The notes: generated by a model from the letters alone, not told the origin. 43,645 bases of DNA from a virus (IMGVR_UViG_3300029822_000593:1-43645); one strand, 5' to 3'; shown: positions 28,259 to 37,207, counted from the stretch's first letter. A program made the numbers and translations.

Positions 28259-28576
28259 ATGATTAAAGACATCTTTAGAGTAGAGGAAATTCAGCCAGGT
28301 GAACCAAGAGGTTACAATTTTCCAGAGAATAGCAAGGTTACTATAAATGATTTCCAGCTAAAAAAGGATCGGGTTGCACAAGTAGAGGTTACAAAATTAA
28401 AAGATTTACCAGACACCATTTTTGTAACATTGTATACCAAGTTTACGGAGATTGGAACTGTGGTAACAAAAGAATCTTATGTAATAGACCTAGAGGTTGT
28501 CGATAACGTAAAACACTATGAGTTAAGGCCACTAAAGGAGAGTGATTGCAAGGATGAAGGAACTAAAAGTAAATGA
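28259..28576 (+). CDS. Hypothetical protein
   Basis: AGGAGG RBS; within the early operon. Confidence 0.65.
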   Translation: MIKDIFRVEEIQPGEPRGYNFPENSKVTINDFQLKKDRVAQVEVTKLKDLPDTIFVTLYTKFTEIGTVVTKESYVIDLEVVDNVKHYELRPLKESDCKDEGTKSK

Positions 28577-28742
28577 GGAATTCAAGAACCTCATTCCGCC
28601 TCTAACGGCAGAAGAAAAAACAGAACTGGAAAAAAGTCTGATGCTGTTTGGATGCAGGGACAAGATTGTCACCAGGGAACAGATTCTAAATGGACAAATA
28701 TCTATGGAGGATATTAAGAAAGAACAGGAGGGAGAAAATTGA
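28542..28742 (+). pseudogene. Truncated ParB/Srx-like N-terminal fragment
   Basis: LKVNEEFKNLIPPLTAEEKTELEKSL...GCRDKIVT matches the ParB-like N-terminus, but the DGHxR motif and the rest of the domain are missing. Confidence 0.55.
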
Positions 28743-29137
28743 AAGAATATACGTTGGCACAAGTAATGGAGAAGATGGAGAAAAATCCAAATCTAAAATT
28801 TGAATATACGGGTGAGGATCGTGGAGTTGTTATTCATGCAGATGCAGATGGATATGTCTCAAATGAAGACGGGGAGCCTATATTGTCAAATTTCACTTTA
28901 GGTAGCAAGTTCAGGCTAGTGAATGAGCCAGTAAGTGTAAAAGAAGCTCTTAAGGCATCTGAAGATGGAAAAACAATTATATGTGAACTAGGAGACTTCA
29001 CGGCTGAATACCATGTAGTCAATGACGGATCGGCATTTTCAAAAATATGTGATACCCGCAAGAGTGCAGGCCCCGTTTCACTTCAAGAACTTCTATATGG
29101 CAAATGGTTCATAGAGGGAGATGGCGAAGATGATTAA
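28739..29137 (+). CDS. Hypothetical phage protein
   Basis: GGAGG RBS, TTG start; PVSVKEALKA..EDGKTI...GKWFI pattern. Confidence 0.65.
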   Translation: MKEYTLAQVMEKMEKNPNLKFEYTGEDRGVVIHADADGYVSNEDGEPILSNFTLGSKFRLVNEPVSVKEALKASEDGKTIICELGDFTAEYHVVNDGSAFSKICDTRKSAGPVSLQELLYGKWFIEGDGEDD

Positions 29138-29666
29138 CCCAGAAGACCATATCCCTTTAGTCAGGAAAATAGCTGGCAAATTCTACAAGAAATTTCATTT
29201 TAGGTACGAATATGAGGAGTTATTTCAAGTCGGCTGTGTTGGACTCATGAAAGCAATTGATAAATTTGACGAATCAAAAGGATATAAATTTATAACCTAT
29301 GCATACCCGCAGGTGTGGGGCGCCATACACAATTATATTCGGGATGATAGCTGGTATATGGCTCCCAATTGCAGGACACGAGTAAAGAAAGCGCATCCGC
29401 CAGATTCTCTAGATATACCCGTCGGAGAAAACATGAAAAACACATGGAAAGAAACACTGCCATGTGATGAGCCAGGGTATAGAGATGTTGAACTGCGTGT
29501 GTTGGTAGATAATTTATCTCCTAAACAAAAAGAAGTAATTACAATGCTCTATTTTAGAGATATGACACCGAAAGAAATTACAAAAATACTGGGAATCACC
29601 CCGCGAGCCCTATATGAAAGGCGAAGATGGGCAATCAAAAATCTTAGAAAGGAGCTGGAGGCGTGA
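29121..29666 (+). CDS. Sigma-70 family sigma factor (SigF/G-like region 2 plus region 4)
   Basis: EELFQVGCVGLMKAIDKFDESKGYKFITYA; LSPKQKEVITMLYF..MTPKEI. Confidence 0.88.
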   Translation: MAKMINPEDHIPLVRKIAGKFYKKFHFRYEYEELFQVGCVGLMKAIDKFDESKGYKFITYAYPQVWGAIHNYIRDDSWYMAPNCRTRVKKAHPPDSLDIPVGENMKNTWKETLPCDEPGYRDVELRVLVDNLSPKQKEVITMLYFRDMTPKEITKILGITPRALYERRRWAIKNLRKELEA

Positions 29667-29899
29667 TTAGAGAGATGCTACCCGATATGACGGATGAAGA
29701 ATTTAGAGAAGTCATGGAGATTACAACCGACGATATCCGCGAGAACCGAACCAAATTCGGAAAGGAAACGGATTTGGAAGAGATGCTGGCCATTGCAAAG
29801 AGAAGTCTGAAGGTGCTGAGAAAATGCGACAAAGCTGTGGAATTGTATTTTGACGGATATACCGCGGAGCAAGCTGTAAATTTTGTAAAGGAGAGATAG
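29663..29899 (+). CDS. Hypothetical protein
   Basis: GTGA overlap with the sigma gene, GGAGG RBS. Confidence 0.6.
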   Translation: MIREMLPDMTDEEFREVMEITTDDIRENRTKFGKETDLEEMLAIAKRSLKVLRKCDKAVELYFDGYTAEQAVNFVKER

Positions 29900-29903
29900 A
29901 GAA

Positions 29904-30137
29904 ATGAAAAAAATAGAATTTGAATATGACGGTCCATTTATGAAGTTGGAAGCAAATGGAGCTGGTAAGTATGAAATTCTGGGTGTGGCTGTAGGTCTGG
30001 GAAAGATGCTTAGAGATGCAAATATGGATTTAGTGGATTTAGATTCTGCTATCTACTGCGTAAAGAAAGCGTATAACGACCCAACTTTCAATGGTTGTGT
30101 ATTAAAGGAGGCGCCACATGGAAAATTTAAAATTTAG
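29904..30137 (+). CDS. Hypothetical protein
   Basis: AAGGAG RBS; in operon. Confidence 0.6.
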   Translation: MKKIEFEYDGPFMKLEANGAGKYEILGVAVGLGKMLRDANMDLVDLDSAIYCVKKAYNDPTFNGCVLKEAPHGKFKI

Positions 30138-30327
30138 GATACTTGAGATTAAGAAGAACTCAGATGTAACCACTATTACCGCCGAATGTGTGGAAGATGG
30201 TGTAGGCGTTACTGCCAGTATTCCGACATTGTGCGCGTATGACAGGGCATTCATTAGGGCGGCGCTGGACGAAGGATATATAAGGGCTACGCAGGAGTGC
30301 GCTGTCCAGATAGGCGAGATAATTTAA
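30118..30327 (+). CDS. Hypothetical protein
   Basis: AAGGAGG RBS; in operon. Confidence 0.6.
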   Translation: MENLKFRILEIKKNSDVTTITAECVEDGVGVTASIPTLCAYDRAFIRAALDEGYIRATQECAVQIGEII

Positions 30328-30413
30328 AAAATGCCCTCTGCAAAGGGCAAATAAAAAATTTATCACCTCCCATTCTATCACGGGGTGGGAGGAAATTCAA
30401 GGAGGGTAAAAAG

Positions 30414-30620
30414 GTGAAAAAACTAAAAATATTTTCAAGCGGTTGCGAGATGACAACTGCGAAGGATTATATAGCTATTAACGGTACATCTTTGGAACAA
30501 CTTGTAAGAAAGAATTTGCCGGAAGGATTAGAAGACTACAAAAATTATCCAATTAAAATTGATTTATCTATAGATTTTATAGCAGATGACCCGATTGAAA
30601 TTCACACAGAAAATTATTAA
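30414..30620 (+). CDS. Hypothetical protein
   Basis: AAGGAGG RBS before GTG 30414, in frame with the track ORF 30297. Confidence 0.55.
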   Translation: MKKLKIFSSGCEMTTAKDYIAINGTSLEQLVRKNLPEGLEDYKNYPIKIDLSIDFIADDPIEIHTENY

Positions 30621-30633
30621 AGGAGGAATGATT

Positions 30634-31128
30634 ATGGCAAAGCTATATGAAATATCAGACAGGTACAAGAATTTAGATGAACTACTGGACAATCCAGAAT
30701 TGGAAGATGCAAAAGAGACCATCAGAAAGGCGCTGGATAGTGTGGATGAAGAATTCGACACCAAAGCCGAGAATGTCGCAAAAATTATAAAATCCAAGGA
30801 AGTTGATTCTAAGGGGCTGGATGAGGAAATCAAGAGGTTGCAGACCAGGAAAAAAGCAATAGAAAGCCAAAAAGACAGTTTAAAAGATTATTTATATGAG
30901 CATATGAAGGCCCTAAACAAAAAGAAAATCAAGGGTAAGCTATTCACTCTGTCAATTCAGAAAAACAGCCCCAGCGTGAGCGTAATTGACGAGGGCGCCA
31001 TACCTGGGCAATACAAGATACCCCAGCCGCCAAAACTGGATAAAAAGGCTATACTGGCAGATTTAAAACAGGGCGTAGAGGTAAATGGTGCGGAGATAAA
31101 GCAGGGTACAAGTTTAAGAATTCGATAG
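30634..31128 (+). CDS. Siphovirus Gp157-family protein
   Basis: MAKLYEI, KAENVAK, LDEEIKRL and PKLDKKAILADLKQG..VNGAEI....LRIR motifs; AAGGAGG RBS. Confidence 0.88.
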   Translation: MAKLYEISDRYKNLDELLDNPELEDAKETIRKALDSVDEEFDTKAENVAKIIKSKEVDSKGLDEEIKRLQTRKKAIESQKDSLKDYLYEHMKALNKKKIKGKLFTLSIQKNSPSVSVIDEGAIPGQYKIPQPPKLDKKAILADLKQGVEVNGAEIKQGTSLRIR

Positions 31129-31144
31129 GAGGGAGAATTTTACA

Positions 31145-32035
31145 GTGGAAAGAGAAGTTATGAATCAAAAAATGCAAAATGTGAATTTACTGGACGGTGT
31201 GGAAATTGGAAATGTGAGGAACAAACTGGCACAAATTTCCCAGTTCCAGAATGTAGTCAAAAATACGCTCAAAGAAGGGCACGACTATGGGGTTATTGGA
31301 GGGGTTACGAAGCCCGCCCTCCTGAAGCCCGGGGCAGAAAAGATACTCATGCTTATGGGTCTCACCAGCGAATATGACATCATCGGAAAAATTGCGGACT
31401 ACGACAAAGGCATATTCGCATACACAATTAAATGCACCCTCAGGAAAAGTGGTATGAAAATCACAGAAGGTGTTGGCAGCTGTAACTCCAAGGAGGATAA
31501 ATACCGCTGGAGATGGGTTAGAGAGGATGACCTGCCTATGGAAGTAGACAGGGACACACTCAAGAGCAAATCCGACAGCTACGGCCACATAAAATACAGA
31601 ATTGAAAATGATGATATATTCAGCCAGGCAAATACAATACTCAAGATGGCAAAGAAGAGGGCACAGGTAGACGCGACACTTACAGTCGCGAGCTTAAGCG
31701 AAATATTTACGCAGGATGTCGAGGACATGGCACAGTTCCAAGAGAAGGAAAATATCGAGAACATGAAGCCCGGCGAGGTTGGAAACATTGCGGTAAGATT
31801 TGGAAAACATAAGGGGCAGACTTTGGGACAAATCCTGGATGCAGACAGGAGATATATCGAATGGCTTGCGAAGAACGGCAGAGACGCCTCCATGCGTAAG
31901 GCTTGCGCAATGCTTCTAAACGGCGGCAGTAAGCCCGCAGAGGACAAACCAGCGGATAGTCCTAAAGGCAAAGAGCCACCCGAAGACCCGTACGAGGGCA
32001 CACCGTTTGCAGACAATGTAGACCAAGAATTCTAA
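31145..32035 (+). CDS. Putative single-strand annealing/recombination protein with a short C-terminal FGKHKG domain
   Basis: Follows Gp157; KPALLKPGAEK and NTILKMAKKRAQVDA...FTQDVED motifs; RFGKHKGQTL..I..DRRYIEWL tail; function inferred from position. Confidence 0.55.
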   Translation: MEREVMNQKMQNVNLLDGVEIGNVRNKLAQISQFQNVVKNTLKEGHDYGVIGGVTKPALLKPGAEKILMLMGLTSEYDIIGKIADYDKGIFAYTIKCTLRKSGMKITEGVGSCNSKEDKYRWRWVREDDLPMEVDRDTLKSKSDSYGHIKYRIENDDIFSQANTILKMAKKRAQVDATLTVASLSEIFTQDVEDMAQFQEKENIENMKPGEVGNIAVRFGKHKGQTLGQILDADRRYIEWLAKNGRDASMRKACAMLLNGGSKPAEDKPADSPKGKEPPEDPYEGTPFADNVDQEF

Positions 32036-32048
32036 GGAGACTTAAGCC

Positions 32049-32795
32049 ATGGAAGAAGGGAATGGATGGATAAAACTTTATAGAAAGCTGCTTGATAAAG
32101 CAATATGGAGATGTAGTACACCAGAGCAGAAAGTTATTCTCATTACTCTTCTTCTACTGGCAAACCACAAAGAAGAAGAGTGGGAATGGAAAGGACAAAA
32201 ATTTATGTGCAAGCCCGGGCAATTTATAACTTCCTTAAACAGCATTGCCCAAAAAGCAGGGAGGAATATCTCAATACAAAACGTAAGAACTGCGCTGGAC
32301 AAATTCAAAAAGTATGATTTTTTAACATATGAATCAACAAAGACAGGAAGGCTTGTAACTATAGTAAATTACAGCGTTTATCAGTCAAGAAAAGAAAGTA
32401 ATCAACAAAGCAACCAACAAAGGGCTAACAAAGAGCTAACAACTAACAAGAATGATAAGAAGATCTATATAAATAATAATAGTGCAAAAAATGAACAAAA
32501 TGCACAGTTGGCAGAGAATATTTGGAAACTATATCCATGTAAAAAAGGAAAAGCCAGGGCAATACAAAAAATACCTAAATTGATACAAAAGTATGGATAT
32601 GAGCAGATAGAAAATACAGTTCTTAGATACAAAAGATATGTTCAGCATAGACGAGAAACTGATTTTAAAGATTTGAAATACCAAAATGGAAGTACATTTT
32701 TCAGTGGAACTTATATGGACTATCTGGATGAAAATTATACAGAAGAATCAGAGCAAAACAGCAATGTACAAATGTTCGATTTTAGTGACGACTAG
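32049..32795 (+). CDS. Phage replication initiator (replisome organiser)
   Basis: GWIKLYRKL, LLLLANH, GQFITS and VTIVNYSVYQ motifs; IWKLYP.KKGK and QNGSTFF C-terminal domain; precedes the helicase. Confidence 0.85.
   Translation: MEEGNGWIKLYRKLLDKAIWRCSTPEQKVILITLLLLANHKEEEWEWKGQKFMCKPGQFITSLNSIAQKAGRNISIQNVRTALDKFKKYDFLTYESTKTGRLVTIVNYSVYQSRKESNQQSNQQRANKELTTNKNDKKIYINNNSAKNEQNAQLAENIWKLYPCKKGKARAIQKIPKLIQKYGYEQIENTVLRYKRYVQHRRETDFKDLKYQNGSTFFSGTYMDYLDENYTEESEQNSNVQMFDFSDD
32401..32450 (+). repeat. Iteron-like repeats inside the initiator gene (candidate origin)
   Basis: caacaaag / caacaaag / taacaaag / taacaac / taacaag, the first four at 11-12 nt spacing, followed by an AT-rich tract. 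Confidence 0.55.
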
Positions 32796-32806
32796 GAGGC
32801 AAGGCA

Positions 32807-34165
32807 ATGGATACGGGGAGAACTGCGAATATAAAGGCAGAAGCGAACATACTAGGTTCCATCCTGGTGAAAAACAATAGAATCCTTGACACTATAGACA
32901 TTTTAGAGCCACAAGACTTCTACAATAGCAAGAACCGGGCAATATACGCCGCTATGATGATACTGTACAAACATAATACCAAAATCGACATGACTACCCT
33001 GGCGGAAACTCTAAAAGGCAAGAAGGATGTGACAATCTCCTATATCTCCGAACTTGCGGCAGACGCCCCGATTGGCGGTATTAAGGATTATTGCCGAATC
33101 GTAAAAGAAAAATCCAAGATGAGGCTATTGGAAAGAGTTATCCAGAACACCCTTGCTGAAATCAAGGACGGAAGTAAAAAGTCAAGTACGATTCTGGAGA
33201 AACTGGAGACACAACTCACGGCCACGGCGGAAGAAAAAAGCCAATTGCTCACCGACGCCGAACTTATGGACGGCACTCTCGACATAATTCAGCAGAATTA
33301 TGAACGGGGTGGAGCAATTTTGGGAATTCAAACTGGTATAAAAACCCTGGATAATGCCATAAACGGACTCCAGAAAAAAAGATTTTATGTTATTGCCGGC
33401 AGGCCAGGGATGGCGAAATCCAGTTTTGCCTTAAACATTGCCCAGAATGTGTCCAAATATAAAAATGTTCTGTTCTACTCGCTGGAGATGGGCAAAGAAG
33501 AATTGGGAATTAGGAGGCTTGCTATGAAAAGCCTAATTGATACTGTACGGCTTGAGAAAGGCAAGATGTCGGAAGATGAGTGGAAAAGGATGTCCGATAT
33601 ATCCAGCGCCATAAGCCAGGGGCATTGTTATACAGACTGCACACCAAACAGGAGCGTAAACACAATGCGGCTCCAATGCAAAAAACTTAAGATGCAAAAT
33701 AGATTAGACCTGCTAATTGTCGATTACCTGGGTATTATGTCTCTTAGGGGCATGGGCGATAGCCGCCAGGAACAAATTAGCGCCGTATGTGCGGAACTAA
33801 AAAATATGTCGAAAGAATTTGAAATTCCCATAATTGCCCTGGCACAGATAAACAGGGGCGCCGAAGCACGAAATGACAAAAGACCAATGCTTTCAGACCT
33901 CAAGGAAAGCGGTGGAATTGAAGAAAATGCAGATGTGGTGATGCTCCTGTATCGTGATGAATATTACCATAAAAATACTAAAGAGCCTAATGTTATCGAG
34001 GTTAATATAGCAAAGCAACGAGGTGGCAGGACGGGCACCATAAAACTTACATGGCAGCCCAAATACCAGCTCATAACGGATAGGGCTATGTATGTCGAAG
34101 ACGGCACATACGACCCGAAAATATTTAAAAATAAAAAGGAGAATAAACATGAAAATAACAATTGA
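32807..34165 (+). CDS. dnaB: DnaB-like replicative helicase
   Basis: IAGRPGMAKS, SLEM, IVDYLG, LAQINR, SDLKESGGIEENAD and IAKQRGG motifs. Confidence 0.95.
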   Translation: MDTGRTANIKAEANILGSILVKNNRILDTIDILEPQDFYNSKNRAIYAAMMILYKHNTKIDMTTLAETLKGKKDVTISYISELAADAPIGGIKDYCRIVKEKSKMRLLERVIQNTLAEIKDGSKKSSTILEKLETQLTATAEEKSQLLTDAELMDGTLDIIQQNYERGGAILGIQTGIKTLDNAINGLQKKRFYVIAGRPGMAKSSFALNIAQNVSKYKNVLFYSLEMGKEELGIRRLAMKSLIDTVRLEKGKMSEDEWKRMSDISSAISQGHCYTDCTPNRSVNTMRLQCKKLKMQNRLDLLIVDYLGIMSLRGMGDSRQEQISAVCAELKNMSKEFEIPIIALAQINRGAEARNDKRPMLSDLKESGGIEENADVVMLLYRDEYYHKNTKEPNVIEVNIAKQRGGRTGTIKLTWQPKYQLITDRAMYVEDGTYDPKIFKNKKENKHENNN

Positions 34166-34646
34166 ACTGGAAAAAGATAGGAATGTTGATGTAAATGTGA
34201 AATTAGGAAAAGACAGCGAAAGGCGAGGATTTACGCCAGTTAGAGAGTACATTCACAACGGCACTGTGGAAGTAAAGAAAGCCGAAGTTACTGCGCCACA
34301 TTCAGATGAGCAGGAGCATCCTGCACGCAAAACCTTGGTAATAGTGAAGTGCCCAAAGTGCGGGAAAGTATCGTTTATCCCACTACCAGTGAAAGACGGG
34401 CATGTTGAATTGTTTAAAGATGTGTTGTGTTTAAACTGCGGGACAAAGCTTGATTTGTCTGATCTATACCCCGGGGAAGCTAAATGCCCGAATTGTGGAA
34501 ATGCAATATGGTTTTATGGTGCAGGCAGAGAAGATTTGGAAATCACTTGCAAGAATTGTGGAAGCCCTATCGACCTAATTTACAACGACAAAGAGAAGGA
34601 ATTTAGAAGTGCAAATTTGTTCGGCCCCGGAGTGAATAGACCGTAG
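34149..34646 (+). CDS. Multi-CxxC zinc-ribbon hypothetical protein
   Basis: Four CxxC pairs (CPKC, CLNC, CPNC, CKNC); AAGGAG RBS before ATG 34149. Confidence 0.7.
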   Translation: MKITIELEKDRNVDVNVKLGKDSERRGFTPVREYIHNGTVEVKKAEVTAPHSDEQEHPARKTLVIVKCPKCGKVSFIPLPVKDGHVELFKDVLCLNCGTKLDLSDLYPGEAKCPNCGNAIWFYGAGREDLEITCKNCGSPIDLIYNDKEKEFRSANLFGPGVNRP

Positions 34647-34669
34647 CATATATCGAAATTTTAGCCGAG

Positions 34670-34749
34670 AACGCCCTTAAAATTGATTCTATGGGTAGTA
34701 TAAGTATAATTAATCATTTGGATTTTTAGGAAGGTATTTAAGGGGCGTT
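34670..34749. promoter_or_regulatory. Intergenic inverted repeat enclosing a sigma-A-like promoter
   Basis: aacgcccttaaa (34670) / tttaaggggcgtt (34737); TTGATT (34683)-16 nt-TATAAT (34705) in the loop. Confidence 0.5.
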
Positions 34750-34781
34750 TGAAGCGATTTAGAAATTTAGGAGGTGTGAAC

Positions 34782-35021
34782 ATGAGTAGACCACCAAAAA
34801 AGAAAATATACGAGTACTTCTCCAAACGAGATGATGTGCTTGCGAAAGAAGCAATATTTGGAGCCTGCTACAATTACAACATTGCGAAATCGACAGCAAG
34901 GAAGTATTATGCGGAATGGAGGAAAATGTATATGAGCGGAGACATAAAACCGTACAATCATGCAGACCATCCGTGGGGTATCAAAAAATATAATAAAAAT
35001 ACAAATGCTGGAACTTGCTAA
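34782..35021 (+). CDS. Hypothetical basic protein
   Basis: AGGAGGTG RBS before ATG 34782. Confidence 0.6.
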   Translation: MSRPPKKKIYEYFSKRDDVLAKEAIFGACYNYNIAKSTARKYYAEWRKMYMSGDIKPYNHADHPWGIKKYNKNTNAGTC

Positions 35022-35060
35022 CAAGTTAGTGCAGGAAAAGTTGCAGAATGGAGGGAATAA

Positions 35061-35513
35061 ATGGCAAGGAGAACTAAGTATAATTCAAATAAAATTATCA
35101 TAGATGGAACAAAATTCGACAGTAAAGACGAGGCAAAATACTATGAATATTTAAAGCAGATGAAATTTGAAGGTAAGATACTAAACTTTGAATTACAACC
35201 TAAGTTCATATTGATACCCAAGTTCCAATACAGGGGCAAGACTGAGAGAATGGCGACCTACACACTGGATTTTCTAGTGTACAACTTAGATGGCACAGAG
35301 ACCTATATCGACGTGAAAGGCTACAGCACCCAGCAGGGGGAGTTTAGATTCAAACTACTGAAATACCTGCATCCGGATAAGGACTTTAGATGGGTAGCAA
35401 GGTCGCTAAAATACGGTGATGAATATGGTTGGATAGATTATAAGGAATTGAAAAGAAAAAGGTTAAAAAAGAGAAGGGAGAGTAAAAATGGGAAAAGTAA
35501 AAGAAAATATTGA
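35061..35513 (+). CDS. DUF1064-family putative endonuclease
   Basis: KYNSNK..IDG.KFDSKDEA.YY, LQPKF and YTLDF...IDVKG motifs. Confidence 0.85.
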   Translation: MARRTKYNSNKIIIDGTKFDSKDEAKYYEYLKQMKFEGKILNFELQPKFILIPKFQYRGKTERMATYTLDFLVYNLDGTETYIDVKGYSTQQGEFRFKLLKYLHPDKDFRWVARSLKYGDEYGWIDYKELKRKRLKKRRESKNGKSKRKY

Positions 35514-35904
35514 TTTGTCAAGAAAGGTGCTTGATGTAAGCATAGATAGCCCAGTGTTTCAACCGATGTTAAAAAACTTGGACAAAAAAATAATTGAGGT
35601 CATAAAACAGGTCTACAGTGGAGATTTTGAAAGTGGTGACATAGCCTTGAAACTTACATTGAAGACTCCTATGACTGCTAAAAATTTTCCCTATGAAGGC
35701 GATAATGGAGAACCAAAAGTAAAGGAATATGAATATAAAGCACTACAATTCGAGCATAAAATTTCTACTACACTTAAGCGTGTGGATAAGGATGGCGGAC
35801 GATATTATGGAGAAAAAGAACTGAAAGAGGAAGACGGGCATTTTATTGAGGTACCCGTGGAAGAACCGCAGATAAGTATCTTTGATACTAAAAGGGGTGT
35901 GTAA
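35488..35904 (+). CDS. Hypothetical phage protein
   Basis: In operon; ends with a QISIF motif. Confidence 0.65.
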   Translation: MGKVKENIDLSRKVLDVSIDSPVFQPMLKNLDKKIIEVIKQVYSGDFESGDIALKLTLKTPMTAKNFPYEGDNGEPKVKEYEYKALQFEHKISTTLKRVDKDGGRYYGEKELKEEDGHFIEVPVEEPQISIFDTKRGV

Positions 35905-35906
35905 CA

Positions 35907-36064
35907 TGACAATAACTGAATTCTATAGGCAGGAAATAGCCAAGCTGGATAGGCAAATACAAGTGGCAGAGGCAGACAAGGACTTCAAGTTGGCTGTAAA
36001 GCTGGCAGATAAAAAGGTCAAGCTCCAGGGTGATATGGCCACCTGGGAGAAGGAGGATAAATAG
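35907..36064 (+). CDS. Small hypothetical coiled-coil protein (start approximate)
   Basis: AAGGGGTG RBS before MTITEF. Confidence 0.5.
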
Positions 36065-36404
36065 ATTGGATATAAAAGATTTAGTTAAAGAAGCACATCA
36101 AAATGCTGTAGAACATGGATTTTGGGATGAATGGGCATCAGAAGAACGTGATGTATTAGCAGGCCATGCAGAAAATTATTACAATGCTGTAGGTAATATG
36201 TTGATGCTAATTGTTTCAGAAGTTGCGGAAGCTCAAGATGGGTTAAGACATGGAGACACGGAAAATTTTAAAGAAGAATTAGCTGATGTAGCAATAAGGC
36301 TTGGCGATTTATGTGGAGGCCTAAATATAGATTTAGAAAATGAAATTAAGAAGAAAATGGAGATTAATAAATCAAGACCATATAAGCATGGTAAGGAATT
36401 TTAG
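36030..36404 (+). CDS. MazG-like nucleotide pyrophosphohydrolase
   Basis: LMLIVSEVAEA...EELADVAIRL.DL...KKMEINKSRPYKHGK; true start probably the TTG near 36066. Confidence 0.85.
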   Translation: MIWPPGRRRINRLDIKDLVKEAHQNAVEHGFWDEWASEERDVLAGHAENYYNAVGNMLMLIVSEVAEAQDGLRHGDTENFKEELADVAIRLGDLCGGLNIDLENEIKKKMEINKSRPYKHGKEF

Positions 36405-36427
36405 AAGGATATTAAGGAGGAATAAAG

Positions 36428-36484
36428 ATGCCATTTCACGGCGAGAATTTGAAGGCATTTTTGAAAGAGAAAGGGATTGGATAG
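36428..36484 (+). CDS. 18-aa mini-ORF MPFHGENLKAFLKEKGIG
   Basis: AAGGAGG RBS 7 nt upstream; 35/45 nt identical to the 3' end of the 22677-22994 gene. Confidence 0.5.
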   Translation: MPFHGENLKAFLKEKGIG

Positions 36485-36522
36485 TTCGGATACCTAAAAA
36501 TAAGCATTAGGAGGGAAAACGC

Positions 36523-36960
36523 TTGAATAAAAAACTGTTTAGAAAGGTAGAGGCAACCCTATATTCATATAAAAATATGGATGCCAAAATTCAAAACCTG
36601 GAGATAGACATAGAGAACCTAAAAAGGACATATAAAGGTGTTTCGCCTCTCCAGTATGGGGAGAAAGTCCAGGGTACAAATAAATTTAGCTCTGTGGTGG
36701 AAAGTGAAGTTGTCCATAAAGAGAAGCTCATTGCCAGGCTGGAAGAGCAAAGAGACGATACAATTAGCCTTAAGTCTAAGGTGGAGAACGCCCTTAAAAC
36801 ATTAGATGATGAATCCAGGAAGCTGGTTGAACTTAGATATTTTGGCAGGAAGAATACCTGGGTGGCAATAGGACAGAAGCTAAACTTAGATAGTAGTTAT
36901 TGCTGTAAGCGCCGGACCTTGATAATAGAGCGATTAGGGGAATTAATCTACCATTTTTAA
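36523..36960 (+). CDS. ArpU/RinA-like late transcriptional activator
   Basis: Last early gene; VENALKTLDDESRKLVELRYF...TWVAIGQKL sigma-region-4-like HTH. Confidence 0.8.
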   Translation: MNKKLFRKVEATLYSYKNMDAKIQNLEIDIENLKRTYKGVSPLQYGEKVQGTNKFSSVVESEVVHKEKLIARLEEQRDDTISLKSKVENALKTLDDESRKLVELRYFGRKNTWVAIGQKLNLDSSYCCKRRTLIIERLGELIYHF

Positions 36961-36970
36961 ACAGCTTGAC

Positions 36971-37040
36971 TGCAAGAAAAGTGCAAACTTTGTACAAGAA
37001 CTGTACAATTTTCCAGATTAAAAAAGTTGTATTATAGTAT
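36971..37040 (+). promoter_or_regulatory. Candidate activator-dependent late promoter
   Basis: Four ~11-nt-phased t(g/a)caa repeats (36971, 36982, 36993, 37004), then a TATTAT/TATAGT -10-like box without a good -35. Confidence 0.6.
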
Positions 37041-37089
37041 CGTAACAAAGTAAAGATTGTTCTATATAACCCTCCTTTATAAATAATAT

Positions 37090-37141
37090 GCCCGCGGCTC
37101 CAGGGCGAAAATATGGGGCTGCCAATGCGGCGCAAGCCGTA
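37090..37141 (+). ncRNA. Candidate structured leader RNA (possible pseudoknot plus GNRA hairpin)
   Basis: GC-rich island in an AT-rich leader: gccc/gggc, gcggctcca/tggggctgc and tgcggc-GCAA-gccgta. Confidence 0.4.
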
Positions 37142-37179
37142 AATTTAAAAATCACTATTGTGTGTTGTGTGTCTAGGAG

Positions 37180-37207
37180 ATAGGCGTCGGAAACGGCGTC
37201 TATTTTC
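37180..37207 (+). terminator. Terminator/attenuator hairpin in the late leader
   Basis: ataggcgtcg-GAAA-cggcgtctat followed by a short T run. Confidence 0.55.
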
